64,000 bases of DNA from Octopus sinensis (Eukaryota), in assembly GCF_006345805.1 (NCBI RefSeq), contig NC_042999.1, positions 132,680,001 through 132,744,000 of the forward strand. The letters run 5' to 3'. Positions 39,183-52,499 of this stretch are shown here, one piece after another. Both the position numbers and the translations under genes were made by a program. The first letter of the stretch is position 1. Each line of letters begins with the position of its first letter. The notes below the pieces were generated by a model that was given only the letters and a program-made list of their open reading frames with translations, searched no databases and was not told where the DNA came from.

Positions 39183-39756
39183 CAGCCATCCATCTATCTA
39201 TCTATCTATCTTTCTTCAAGTATCACTTGAAGAGGAAAGTGAGAGTAGAGAGGCAAGTTTTGTCTAGTGAATGTTTTAAAAAAAGATGGGTAAATGTAGC
39301 AAGGATGGCACGTATGAATGATTAAGCCACCTTGACTATGATCCTATGAACCGTAAAAATTAATACAGAGAGTTGCTTATTTGTAAAAAAAAAAGAAAAA
39401 AAGAAATATAACATGTGACTTCATTGACCGAGGTTACCGTGGTCTTTTCCGTAGGCTTTTCTTTCCACGGGTAAACCTCACCTGTCCTCCCCTTTACACT
39501 TCATATTGACATTTCTGTGATAACGATCCCTATTGATAAATTTTTTTTCCTTTTCCTCTTTTTTAAAAATTTTATCCCCACCCTTTTTTGTCCTCTTTCT
39601 TTCATTTTACGATCCCTTTTGATCGAGAACCAAACCCCCTTTTTCACCCCCAAAAGAAAAGTTCTACCTTGTAATCTGTCCTGTCTGTGTGCAGCCCTGT
39701 GTGGCTAATAAAGAAAACATATCTATCTATCTATATATCTATCTATTCTATCTATC

Positions 39757-39813
<57 letters not shown>

Positions 39814-39835
39814 CTATCCTATCCATCTATCTATC

Positions 39836-39925
<90 letters not shown>

Positions 39926-40192
39926 GTCTGTCTGTCATTTATCTTTTTTAGCTTTTACTTGTTTCAGTCACTAGACTGCAGCCATGAAGGAGCACTGCCT
40001 TCCAGAATTTTTAGTCGAATGTGTCGACCCTTGATGAAATTGCAGCGACTAGGATGCATAATTGAATACAGGGCAATATGCAGTTACTGCAGCAGAAACG
40101 TATGTTAGTCATTGTTATGTATGATGCCAAAACTTTTTAATATAAAAGTTTTGGATGCGAATAAACCTCCACACTCCTCTTGGTCTTTTACA

Positions 40193-40267
<75 letters not shown>

Positions 40268-40583
40268 CATAAATGCGTCTATGGAGTTTTTAAGTATACA
40301 CATACACTTTCATACAAACTTATGTGTATGTATGCATGTATGTATGTATGTATATACAGACACACACACATACACATGCACTCGCACATGTTTGTAATTT
40401 ATACGCATTTATTGTATATGCATAAGTGATATATATATGTATGTATATATATATACACACACACGCAGAAAAAAAAACCTTAGCTGCCAGTATATATAGT
40501 TATATATGATTCTATGTTTATGCGTATGTGTTCAAGTAAATGTCTACGCATATTCGTGAGCATGCTGCACATGTGTACACGAA

Positions 40584-40659
<76 letters not shown>

Positions 40660-40918
40660 CCACACGTGCACACACGCCCGAACGCACGTACATGCGCACG
40701 CACGCACACACATGCGCACGCACATTTATATATACACATAACCACTGTTCCCTCCTATTCACGAGAGTTATACATTCCGAAAAACTGTTTCTGCTAATGG
40801 AGCGGAAGTGACCTTTTGTAGGGTGTCAATGTCACCAGTTTGTTTTTTATCAAAACTTTATTTTTCTATTTTATCCTTTTTTTACTTTTTCGTTTTGTTT
40901 ATTTGACATGAAAGCTGT

Positions 40919-40967
<49 letters not shown>

Positions 40968-40984
40968 CATATATATACATATAC

Positions 40985-41026
<42 letters not shown>

Positions 41027-42187
41027 TAATATATATATATGTATGTATATATGCCTATATATAATATTTCTATATATGTATATATGTGTATATATATATA
41101 TATACATATATACATATATATACATACATACATACATATATACATATATATATATCAAAAGGACAATTCCATGAAAGAAAACAACAAAGTGTCTTAAACA
41201 GAGAAAAAAAGGTAAAATCTAAGTAACGGAAAGAGTTATCTGAAATAAAATAAAATATTTTAAATAGATGTTGTCTTGATTTATTGTTTGTAGGATTAGT
41301 AGGAAATTTTATTTTTATTGCTCACTGATCTCTTCTAACAGAGTTCATCTCAGTAGCTATTCTCGCAAAAACGTCCCTCACAATTCCAAAAAGGAAGAAA
41401 AATAAAAGAATACATAAAAAATATTTTGGTAAAAAAAAAAAAGACTGAACTGAAGAAAAAGACCATCATCTGTTTTCCACTCTACTCATTTTTTTTTTTT
41501 TTCCATTTCCTAATATTTTCAGAGTTTCCATAGAATTTAACAAGAATTTTGTTTTAACATTTGGATGTTTTATTTTATTTTATAAGCTTACCATTATATT
41601 TTGCATTAGTTTCTTCACTAGAAGTGGTTCATCCATTAACTTCAGGTTCCGTAAGTGATTTCAGGTAAGGGGTCAATCTTTAGTCATTTAGATTCTAAAG
41701 AAAGCGAATCGGTGTTAAGGAAAGGGCGGATGTTATTAAACTGAGAGCTGCTTGATGAAGAAATCTTTGTTCCAAGAGGGAACAGATGTATCCGGGCTCC
41801 CACCTTCCATTTTTGAAATGCTGTTAAAAGTTACTTTAAGGTGGAAATCTAACTAATGCTTATTTCTGTGCTTTTAGGATAAAATATAACATTGGAATAA
41901 CTTTAGGAATAAATCCCGAAAATATATTTGAAATCTAGAAATAAATCTCAGTTAAGTATTATGATCGGAAGATGTTAAATGTCAGATGTAAAAAAACATA
42001 AAACTACTATATTACAATTTAGTGCTAATTAAGGTTGTGGTGTTCAGACTCTTTTCAAGAAAATGTCTTTAACTGAGTACTGAAACCGTGACATTGTTTC
42101 GCCTGCCCATTTTCCTTTTAAGCACACGTCCACTCAGTTACATATATGCACATATACTTAACAAACACACACGCGCACACACACATA

Positions 42188-42243
<56 letters not shown>

Positions 42244-42442
42244 AACACAAGTAGAATTGAATATATTAACTACAGAACCCAGAGTTTCGTGCATGGCTCT
42301 TATAAAACAAGAATTTCAAGTCAGTTTGAGTAGCATGCACGAAATTCTCGCCTCATAAATGTATTTGATGAGAAATAAAAATGAGTATGTTTGTACATAC
42401 ATACATACATACATACATACATCATACATACATACATACACA

Positions 42443-43702
42443 CAGAGGGGTTAATCGAATCACCTTAAAATTTCAAACAATTTTGTCTTAATATGGGGTA
42501 GGACCGCCTTTGGCAGTAATTACAGCTTGAATTCTACGAGGTATGGACTCGCACAAAGTTTGAATTGTTTCCAAATCAATTTTTGTCCATTCTCCAGCCA
42601 AAACATTCTCCAGTTCTTAAAGTGATGATGGTGGAGGATATCGACTCCTTACTTGTTTTTCTAAAATTCACCATAAATCTTCAATAATATTGAGATCTGG
42701 GGACTGTGGTGACCAGATAAGATGTTCAACTTCACTAGAATGTTCCTTGTACTATTCAGTAACATCTTTAGCTGTGTGAATTGATGTATTATCATCCTGA
42801 AAGATTGCGCTTCCCTCCGGAAACAGTTCCACAACCATAGGATGAATTTGATCAGATAAAATGTTTAAATAGTCTTGTCTGTTAATTCTGCCATGAAAGG
42901 AAACCATTGAGCCGGCGGATTTCGAAGATAAAGACCCCACCCCAGATCATCACAGATCCTCCTCCATGTTTAACAGTTGGAAGAAGGCAGTCTGGGTCAA
43001 ATGCTTCTTGTAGCTGACTCCACACGGATACTCGGCCGGTGGTCGGAAATAAGGTAAAGGTTGACTCGTGCGAGAAAATAACATTCTTCCACTGCTCTAG
43101 GGACCAATTCTGTAGGTTTTTACTCCACTCTAAACGCTTTGCAACGTTTGTTTTCGAAAGTGGTGGTTTTCTGATTGCAGCCCTCCCATGAAATCCGGCT
43201 TTGTGCAGCTCCCGGCGAACAGTTTTTGTGGAAACTGTGTTCCGAATTTGTCATTAAGTTCTGCAGTAATTTTGGGAGTTGTACTTTTATGATCCTTTCT
43301 AACAATTCGTGTAAGAGTCCGACGGTCCCTATCTGAAAGTTTTGGTTTTCTTCTGGAGTTTTATTTCTACGAGGAGGTTTTCCCCCTTTCTCAAAGATTG
43401 TCATTACTTTCGAGACAGTACTTCTTGATACACCAAACATTTCGGCTGTTTTCGTTACACTAGCGCCTACCATACGAGCATCATCAATTTGACCTCTTTT
43501 AAAGTCCGAGAGATCTATCATTTTCATGGATTTTAATTACCTTTTTCTGATGATATCTCAAAAGAAACAGCAATTTTAGCAAAACATATTAAGCAACACT
43601 AATAATAAATCAAAGAACAAAAATAAACAAGTTTTTGACGGTTTTATAGATATTTCAAAATTATGATGCGAGGCGTTTCCATTATTTTGTCCAACCCTTG
43701 TA
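42443..43702 (-). mobile_element. Near full-length decayed Tc1 (DD34E-type) transposon
   Basis: TIR TA-CAAGGGTTGGACAAAATAATGGAAACGCCT at 43671-43702; MIDLSDFKRGQI..ARMVGASVTKTA..GVSRSTVSKV; IFQDDN..HTAK; PQSPDLNIIE..W; IPRRIQAVI.AKGGPTPY*. Confidence 0.92.
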
Positions 43703-44267
43703 TATATACAGGTAAGATTCCAAATTAGGCTGGTAGGGATATACAATCCTAGCACTTTTACCGGTTAATAATGTTGACTGAACGCGGTGAGTGTAGAAAG
43801 ACTCCAGTTAGTTTTATTTTACCACCCTCAGTAGATCTTCACATCGGTAAATCCATGTTTCTATAGAGACTGCATGTTGTCGGTAGAGAAGAAATTACAA
43901 ATTAATAAGAAGAACAGAGATTTATATATCCAGTTTTATTCTGCTGTTATTCAGATCTTTCCTTCTTCGCCTACATATGCTTCTGTAGCAATTTTGTGCA
44001 CGCTGTAAAATTTTGCTTCTTGATATGCATTTTGGTGTTATTTGCTGCTTCATCAAGGTGCTGTTAACGGCGTTCCAGAAACCATCTGAATTAAATACAA
44101 GTCCAGCCAAAGAATTTCATGCACCTGGTGTTAGTATTCTAAAAATAGCGTAAATTCTGCTGGTTAGAAAAGCAAGTGACTAGCTGTCCAAGATATATAA
44201 ATCTGTTCTCCGTATTATTAATTTATACATATACAATATACATACACACACGCGCGCGCACGCGCAT

Positions 44268-45197
44268 CTGTGTCATCCATGTTTTTAACCGCTACTGTCT
44301 CCAAAAAAGATTTTTCGTTTCATGTTCGTCTCTGTTGCGTTGCATTCTTTCCTTCTGTGGCTGGCTGATTCAGAGCGGATCTCAGAATTAAACAGCCGAA
44401 ATCTGCGATGAGGGATCAGTTTCTGACTGAAGAATGAAGGCTTTGAATGACCCGTTTGTCTTTTTGTTCGTCCCTTCGTGTATTTCATGTTATTTATTTA
44501 TGTAAAGGTTTATTATATATTTCGCAGCGTACGTGCATAATAACTTCTTTATGTTTATCATATCAAAACCCCTGCACGATGTCTTTAAACTATTTTCTTT
44601 CCTTCGCCATTGCTTCGTTGCCAAATTGTTTTGGCGCCTTTATCTCCCAGCCTCTCTGATTCCTTCTCTCCCTCTCTCTCTTGGTCACTGCTTCTTCTCT
44701 GATTCCTTCTCTCCCTCTCTCTCTCGGTCACTGCTTCTGTCCTCGGCTTCCACCCTCCTTGGTCCCCTCTCTCTCTTACTCCCTTCTCTCTCTTACCCTA
44801 TTGCGACTTGCTGCCTCAGCCATTCTGTTTCCATCGGCCGCTTGTTCAACATATGTCTTAGCACCGAAAAGGTAATTATTTTTCCACGCTTGCTGATATT
44901 GTTTTTGTGTCTCTCTTTTTGTCTCAAAGCCGTAGGGCGCCTGTGTCATCCATGTTTTTAACCGTTACTGTCTCCAAAAAAGATTTTTCGTTTCATGTTC
45001 GTCTCTGTTGCGTTGCATTCTTTCCTTCTGTGGCTGGCTGATTCAGAGCGGATCTCAGAATTAAACAGCCGAAATCTGCGATGAGGGATCAGTTTCAGTT
45101 CTGACTGAAGAATGAAGGCTTTGAATGACCCGTTTGTCTCTTTGTTCGTCCCTTCGTGTATTTCATGTTATTTATTTATGTAAAGTTTATTATATAT
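44268..45197. repeat. Near-identical ~255-bp direct repeats (44268-44520, 44941-45197) around a 420-bp CT-rich spacer
   Basis: Direct alignment; differences limited to a few substitutions, a 5-nt CAGTT duplication and a 1-nt indel. Confidence 0.9.
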
Positions 45198-45270
45198 ATA
45201 TATATGTAGGTCCCGGGTTGATTCGGGGTTAACCACAGTAAATAAGGTACTCAATACATAGCAGAGTAAA

Positions 45271-45409
45271 ATTAATTTATTATATAGAAGGAGCTTCCAC
45301 AGGACTAGAACTGTTTCAGTCAAGAGAAATCTTCAGGAAGCTTCCTGAAGATTTCTCTTGAATGAAACAGTTCTAGTCCTGTAGAAGCTCCTTCTATATA
45401 ATAATTAAT
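45271..45409. repeat. Loopless 139-bp palindrome (70/69-nt arms) centred on AAGCTT
   Basis: Arms differ by 2 substitutions and one indel. Confidence 0.95.
45339..45389 (+). ncRNA. Type I hammerhead ribozyme in the right arm of the palindrome
   Basis: AGCUUC-CUGAAGA-UUUC(UCUU)GAAU-GAA-ACAG(UUCUAGUC)CUGU-A-GAAGCU: 6-bp stem I, 4-bp stem III, GUA triplet, weak stem II. Confidence 0.7.
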
Positions 45410-45450
45410 ATATATATATATTATATATATATGTGTGTGTGTGTGTGTGT

Positions 45451-45481
<31 letters not shown>

Positions 45482-45544
45482 TGTGTGTGTATGTGTGTGT
45501 GTGTGTTGTGTGTATGTGTGTGTGTGTGTGTGTGTATAAATACA

Positions 45545-45700
45545 CATGAGGTGGTACTGAAGAGATCCTGGTTTTAAGAGTATTGCGAAAGGCCTGGCTG
45601 GAGGCCGGACCTTCCGAGTTCTTTTACAGAGCTTAGAAAAACTGCAGAAATCACTGCAATAAGTGTGTTAATCGGAGAGGGGAATATTTTGAATAAAACA
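45545..45700 (+). mobile_element. mariner-derived MITE-like element, second copy
   Basis: Homologous to 26022-26185 (GAGTTCTTTTACAGAGCT.AGAAAAACTG..AAGTGTGT.AATC.GAGA). Confidence 0.65.
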
Positions 45701-45777
45701 GTTCTATATTTAAGAGATGAGGAATTATTTATATTATTTACATTTGACGGTTATTTGTGCTCATCTTATTTGTTGTT

Positions 45778-45823
45778 AACACAACGTTTCGGCTGATATA
45801 CCCTCCAGCCTTCTTCAGGTGTC
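45778..45823 (-). ncRNA. Minimal (dimer-type) type I hammerhead ribozyme
   Basis: GACAC-CUGAAGA-A-GGCUG(GAGGGUAUAU)CAGCC-GAA-ACGU-U-GUGUU: 5-bp stems I and II, palindromic ACGU stem III. Confidence 0.8.
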
Positions 45824-46335
45824 TTGGGGAAATGTCGAACCTGGGGTCTCATTCCTAAGGTATTTTTCGATGTTATCATCATCATTATTATTGGGGTCTC
45901 ATTCCTAAGGTGTTTTTCGATGTTATCATCATCATTATTATTGGGGTTTCATTCCTAAGGTAATTTTCAATGTTATCATCATCATCATTATTGTTGTTGT
46001 TGTTGTTCACTGAGCCATATTTCAACTCGGAATGTAAAAATGGACAAAATGCCGCTAAGCATTTTTCCCGGTGGGCAGCTCGCCGCCTTAGTTATATTGT
46101 AATATTAAATAGTATAGAAAATGTAGCATATACCGAATGAAGGTAGAACTACATTAGATGTCCAGAGAAAATGTATTTACCATTGTAGTTGTTGAAATGG
46201 CTACAGAGCAAATGACAAATGTACTAAATATGCGCGTGGTTATATTATTGCACTGGTAGACCAAGCATACAGCATACGCCATATTTCCGTGGGCAATTAT
46301 GGAGTGAATATAAATCTTATAAATCTACTATTTTT

Positions 46336-46659
46336 CTATCCTTCCTTAATACCGGTTCCCATATGCTGCTCATATCTACACTCGGTCTGCTTAGGAGGTT
46401 GTTGTGTCCTAGCATGTGCTGCTTCTTTTAGTTTTCGTATTTTCCAGTGGTATTCTCTGTCTATTATTTTAACTTCATCCCACAGGAGGAAGTGGTCTCC
46501 ATTTTTCCATACATGATCAGCTATACCTGATTTAACAATATCTCCTCGTGTCACAGCTTTGCGATGTTCGTCTACCCTTATTTTGAAGGGGCGGCATGTT
46601 TCGCCTTTGTGTAACCTAGCACAGCTGCATGGGATGGAGTACACGCAGTCTTTGGTCAT
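46336..46659 (-). pseudogene. Penelope GIY-YIG endonuclease domain
   Basis: CVYSIPCSCARLHKGETCRPFKIRVDEHRKAV....KSGIADHVW...H...WDEVKIIDREYHWKIRKLKEA. Confidence 0.88.
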
Positions 46660-46740
46660 ATTCTCTTCTATTGGTGGTTTTACTCGAAGGAGATATTTGC
46701 GATATATATATATATTATATATATATATATTATATATATA

Positions 46741-46796
<56 letters not shown>

Positions 46797-48359
46797 GTGC
46801 ATATGTATATGTATGTATGTGTGTATATATATATAGTTATATATATACACACACACACAAACACATATATATACTTATTTTAAAATAGTGTACATTTAAA
46901 CACAAAAGAAAACTACGCTTCAGGTAATTTTTACATGCTACAAGAAGCAGCCAAAACGGCCAAAACCATTATTTAATAGCAATTTTCGAAGGAAATGAAA
47001 AATAAAAACTTTTACCTTGTTTTTTTTTGCGGTTATACCTAGGTTTCAAATTTCTTTAGCAAATAAGATTATCTGCTAGGCGAAATCTCATTAGTAACCG
47101 GCCTCAATAACTAACTTATATATATATATATATATATATTTCTTACTATCCTCAATTAATTCTTATTTTTTCTTCTTATTTTGATATCCTTACCTATTAA
47201 CCTTTTATCCCTTATAAGGTGTTACTGTTCTTAATAAGAGACATATACTTTCTAGTTACTTAAGTCTATGCGAGTTGATTATAATGTATCCATAATAACG
47301 TATAAATATTTGTGTATGTTTGCATGTGTGCACATAGATAACAATATGTGTGTATCTGTACACATCTTTTATTTTTTTCTGATTCTTTGTTTATAAGTAA
47401 TATGTAGATAGCATGTTTATCTTTCTAGTATTCCATAAGTAAATGCCCAGAGCAGTCTTTATAGAAACTACCTAATAAGTAAATAATTAAGTACATAAAT
47501 GAATATTAAACTGATTCTATGTAATCTTTGCTTTTTGATGTTGAAAATTGGTGTATATACACATTTTATCTATTTTGGTTATGATATCATTTTTGATAAT
47601 CTTAAATTTTATCTTTATACAATATAACAATATTGTTTATAAACAATCACCCATAGTACCCTATGATAAAATTTCCATTGTATAACTGGTAATTAACATC
47701 TTGATTCGGGGTCTTCCCCTACTCAGCCTCCTTTATAGATAGTTACTTTATACTACTCCTAAAATCTTGGCAATATTTATGACCATACCTAGCTATGAGC
47801 TGTCAACGCACTCCTGCCCTCCATTCTAAACACACACAGTCCTCTAGTCTTAGATTTAGTAGTTGATAAAAAGACTAATAAATTAAAAATGAACCACAAT
47901 CCTTTACAAGCTAGACCTCAACAAACTTCATACATTTCTCAGAAGTTTAGTATATTCTTAGCTACAATAGCGACAACATGGATTTTTTTCTTTTGATTTA
48001 TTAGAGAATTTGAGTAATATTATATTAATGTGTCTGACGGATTAAAATTCTATTTATTTGTACAGCTGAGGATATCCCTGCATTGAAATTGATGTAATGA
48101 TTACATTGTTCAATTAAATGGAGTCGCTTGAAACGGTCGTACTGCATCACTTCTTGATATCCTGTTGCTTATTTTGATTATATATATATATATATATATT
48201 CGCGTGGAGCCCAAGAACTTCTAGATACATCCTAAATTATGGTGCGGGTGGAGAGAAGTTCGAATTTTAAATTGAAGAGTAAGAAAGAAGATGCACAGAT
48301 CAAAACGCCAAATTTGAGAAAAAAAGACCAATGGATGCCATTTGTTCAACTACACCCCT

Positions 48360-48805
48360 CAGTTCCCCGCATGGCTGCAGTCCAATGAATAAAATAAATA
48401 AAAGATGAAAGACTCATACATATTCTTTCTCTTATAGTTTAACATTGTTTTAGTTATAAATTGGGGATGGGTTTTAGTCAATCAGTTCAAACTAATACTA
48501 ATTTCAATCTGCTGTTTATTCTATGTTACTCTTTTCGCAACGTTACCTGGACGCAAACAAGCTAACATCGGTTGTCAAGCGGTGAAAGGCTAACACAATT
48601 CGAAAGATGTGTGCTAGCGTGTACTCGCGTGCGTATATAGACGATTGGCTTCCTCACTGTTTCTGTCCATCAACGTCGTTGACAAGGTCTTGTCAACCCG
48701 GTGCTATAGAAGATGACACTTGATGTTGCCGCTCAGTGGAACTGAACCCCGAAACCACATGACTACGAAGCGTATTTCTTCGCCACATAGCCACACAGGC
48801 GCCTG
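48360..48805 (-). mobile_element. SINE family B, degenerate
   Basis: GCATGGCTGCAGTC, CATCGGTTGTCAAGCG, GCAGTGGAACTGAACCC-like head, CACATAGCCAC..GCGCCT. Confidence 0.6.
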
Positions 48806-49108
48806 TATGTATGTATGTATGTATGTATGTATGTATGTATGTATGTATGTATGTATGTATGCATGTCTGTCTGTCTGTCTGTCTGTATATATATATATAT
48901 ATATATACTTTTCTGGCTTTGGAGTTCTTTTAACTCTTATTTTTAGCAAAAGAGGTGCTAGTCAGCACCCTCTGTCACTTTTATGACCTCTATTAATATA
49001 TATATATATACATACGTGTGTGTGTGTGTGTGCGTAGGATGAGCAAACTATAATACTTTCATTCGAATATTTCGTATGCTATTGCACGAGTATGTCTTTA
49101 TCTATCTA

Positions 49109-49173
<65 letters not shown>

Positions 49174-49183
49174 CTATCTATCC

Positions 49184-49234
<51 letters not shown>

Positions 49235-50047
49235 ATCTATCTATCTATCCATCTATCTACGAATACATAAATATGCCTATGTACAAACATATTTATATAT
49301 AAGTATACATAGTTATATACATATATACATACAGAAATGTATACATGTGTATGCGCATGTATATATACATACGTAGGTACATTATACATACATATGTGGA
49401 TACATAGGCAAGGTATTCATTGTCCAAAAACAATTGCCGGAATGTCAGAGTAACTTAAATCATACATCTTTAGCATCTATATAACCCAAACCACATACTT
49501 GGTTAAAAATGAAAGAAGTTTGTGTACAACGAGAAGTTGAGACGGAAAGGCGAGCGTGAATAAACTTAGGTACAGAGAAAGATATAGAGAAGTAGCAATA
49601 GAAAGGGAAATTCAGAAATAATGGGGAAAAAAATCAAAGAGAGAAAGAAAGAAGCCATGAAAGAAGAACAGTAAGACGAGGCTTTGAGGTAAGTATAACA
49701 AAAGAATAAAAAAGAACTCAGGAAGAAAACGTAATAAAAAATGCCGCTCTTCTCTGTCCAATGGCAATGTCAGATGTTATTATATCTGCAGTTTACTGAC
49801 GTCTGTCTTTCTCTTAGATGTGCTGATGGTCAGTGAGCAGAAACTGCTATCTTTTCCAAACAAACCAAAGTCATGTCGAATCAGGGGAAAGATCCATTGA
49901 CGATGTTGCTGACTGACAGACTGTAAAACAGGCAAGTTCTCTTCTTTTTACCTGACGGCCATCTTAACTTTGATATACCGCCACGTCTTATGGTTGCTCA
50001 CAAAGAGAAGAAAAGAAAAAAATAACACAGGGCGATGGGAAACAAAA

Positions 50048-50100
<53 letters not shown>

Positions 50101-50355
50101 ATATGCATATATATATGCATATATATATGTATGTATGTATAGAGTTACACACACAAACATTTACATATATGTGTACGCTTGCATATGTATAACTCTATAC
50201 ATGCATATATATATATATATATCTACTCACATACAACTATATATACATATACATATATGCCTACTCACGCATATATATATGTATTTACATTCATACACAT
50301 ATATGAATGTAAATTCATAGATAAAAATATACATATATACATAATATATACATAC

Positions 50356-50388
<33 letters not shown>

Positions 50389-50476
50389 TATACATAAATA
50401 TATATAGGTATACATATATATGTATACATACACACATACATACATATATGTGTATACATACACACATACATACATA

Positions 50477-50540
<64 letters not shown>

Positions 50541-50704
50541 CATGAAGGAAAAAAAGGAAGAGACTTCATTGCAAGAGAGTGGAATGTCTTCTTACTTTTA
50601 TAACATTGATCAGTTTTCTCTATTGTTATCTGTACATAGGCGTGGAGTGGTGAATGTCCAAACTCGCCCAAAACACATACAAATGCACGCATGTACACAC
50701 GCAT

Positions 50705-50789
<85 letters not shown>

Positions 50790-50939
50790 CACACACACAG
50801 TTTTTTTACCTTGGTGAATGCTAACATCAACGTTTTTGCGCAGATCCCTAACAAATGAATGTAAAAGTAATTTGGATATCATTCCATACTTGTCTTCTTG
50901 ATGCTTCATTCTATTCACACAAAGAAACATAAATCCAAA

Positions 50940-51008
50940 CAAACATACATACATACATACATACCTGTATACATACATACATACATACCTGCATACATAC
51001 ATACATAC

Positions 51009-51039
<31 letters not shown>

Positions 51040-51494
51040 CATACATGCATACATACATACCTGCATACATACATACATACATACATACATGCATACATAC
51101 ATACATACATGCATACATACCTACATGCATGCATATATACATACATACATACATGCATACATGCATACATACATACATGCATACATACATACATACATAC
51201 ATACATACATACATACCTGCATACATACATACATACATGCATACATAATACATACATACATACATACATACATACATTCATACATACATACATACATACA
51301 TACATACATACGTACATACATACATACATGCATGCATGCATACATACATACATACATACATACATACATACATACATACATACATTCATACATACATACA
51401 TGCATACATACATACATACATACATGCATGCATATATACATACATACATACATGCATACATACATACATACATTCATACATACATACATACCTG

Positions 51495-51526
<32 letters not shown>

Positions 51527-51665
51527 CATACATACATATATTCATACATACATACATACTTACATACATATATACATACATACATACATTCATACATACA
51601 TACATACATTCATACATACATACATACATACATACATACATACATACATACATACATACATACGT
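50940..51665. repeat. About 720-bp (CATA)n array with CATG/CCTG/CATT variant units
   Basis: Direct reading; source of the HTYI/MYVC ORFs. Confidence 0.95.
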
Positions 51666-51724
51666 GTATATATATATATATATAGGACTTTCTGTGTGCG
51701 TGTGTGTCAGTGCGGACATATGTA

Positions 51725-51788
<64 letters not shown>

Positions 51789-51825
51789 GTATATGTGTGT
51801 GTGTATGATGTCTCGTAGCTTAGTA

Positions 51826-52130
51826 GTTACGGTATTCGACTCATGATCATAAGGTTGTGAGTTCGAAAACCGGTGGCACCTTGTGTTCTTGTCCAAGACT
51901 CTTTATTTCACGTTGCTCTAATCCAGTCAACAGATAAAAATGAGTAATACCTGCATATATAAAGACCAGCCTTGTCACATTGTGTGTCACGCTGGATCCC
52001 CCGGGAAGCTACCATAAGGGTACGCGTGTCTGTGATATACTCTGTTACTGGCATGCCAATTTCACGAGCAATCTCTTTCCGTTGATCAGATCAACTGGAA
52101 CCCATACCATCGTAACTGAGCAAATGCCAT
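51826..52130 (+). mobile_element. tRNA-derived SINE, third family
   Basis: GTAGCTTAGTAGTTA (A box), GTGAGTTCGAAAACC (B box), TTGTGTTCTTGTCCAAGACTCTTTATTTCACG..AAAAATGAGTA. Confidence 0.65.
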
Positions 52131-52265
52131 ATATATGGGGATTTAGTTCATAGGTGATCTAAACGACTAGGTAAGCTGTGTTAGTGGTGTAACAGATTAC
52201 CGGGGCTCCAAGGTTATAGCCGAGACGGTAGTTATGGAATCATTGTAGATTTCCGATATAGCGGA

Positions 52266-52488
52266 TATATAATTGCTAAAGAGAATAACAAACGTTAAGG
52301 CAAAACAAATACCTCAAGTCATATACGTTACGTTATTATTACTGGAAAAATAAGTCTTACAACTGTTTCTGGGATATTCCAGAAACAGCTGTAAGACTTT
52401 TAATTTTTCCACTAATAATAACGTAACGTATATGACTTGAGATGTTTGTCTTGCCTTAACGTTTGTTGTCCTCTTTAACAATTATATA
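52266..52488. repeat. 223-bp imperfect palindrome (about 107-nt arms, 6-nt loop GATATT)
   Basis: Arms roughly 90% complementary by eye; right arm begins CCAGAAACAGCTGTAAGAC. Confidence 0.92.
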
Positions 52489-52499
52489 TATATATATAT

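Larger units (their letters stand above)
45712..46700 (-). mobile_element. Penelope-like element 3' portion: GIY-YIG endonuclease + 3' repeat with hammerhead; interrupted by a SINE piece near 46020-46090
   Basis: ORF 46336-46659 plus hammerhead at 45778-45823 on the same strand; that both belong to one element is inferred. Confidence 0.75.

Noticed and set aside
40030-40110. TTGATGA..GAAACGTA motif
   Set aside because: C3 is changed, stem II is offset and stem I is absent
43545-43575. CTGATGA..GAAAC in the Tc1 5' region
   Set aside because: No stem I, II or III pairing; chance match
44360-44440. GGCTG..CAGCC-GAAA and CTGAAGA within the direct repeat
   Set aside because: Elements cannot be arranged into any hammerhead topology with correct pairing
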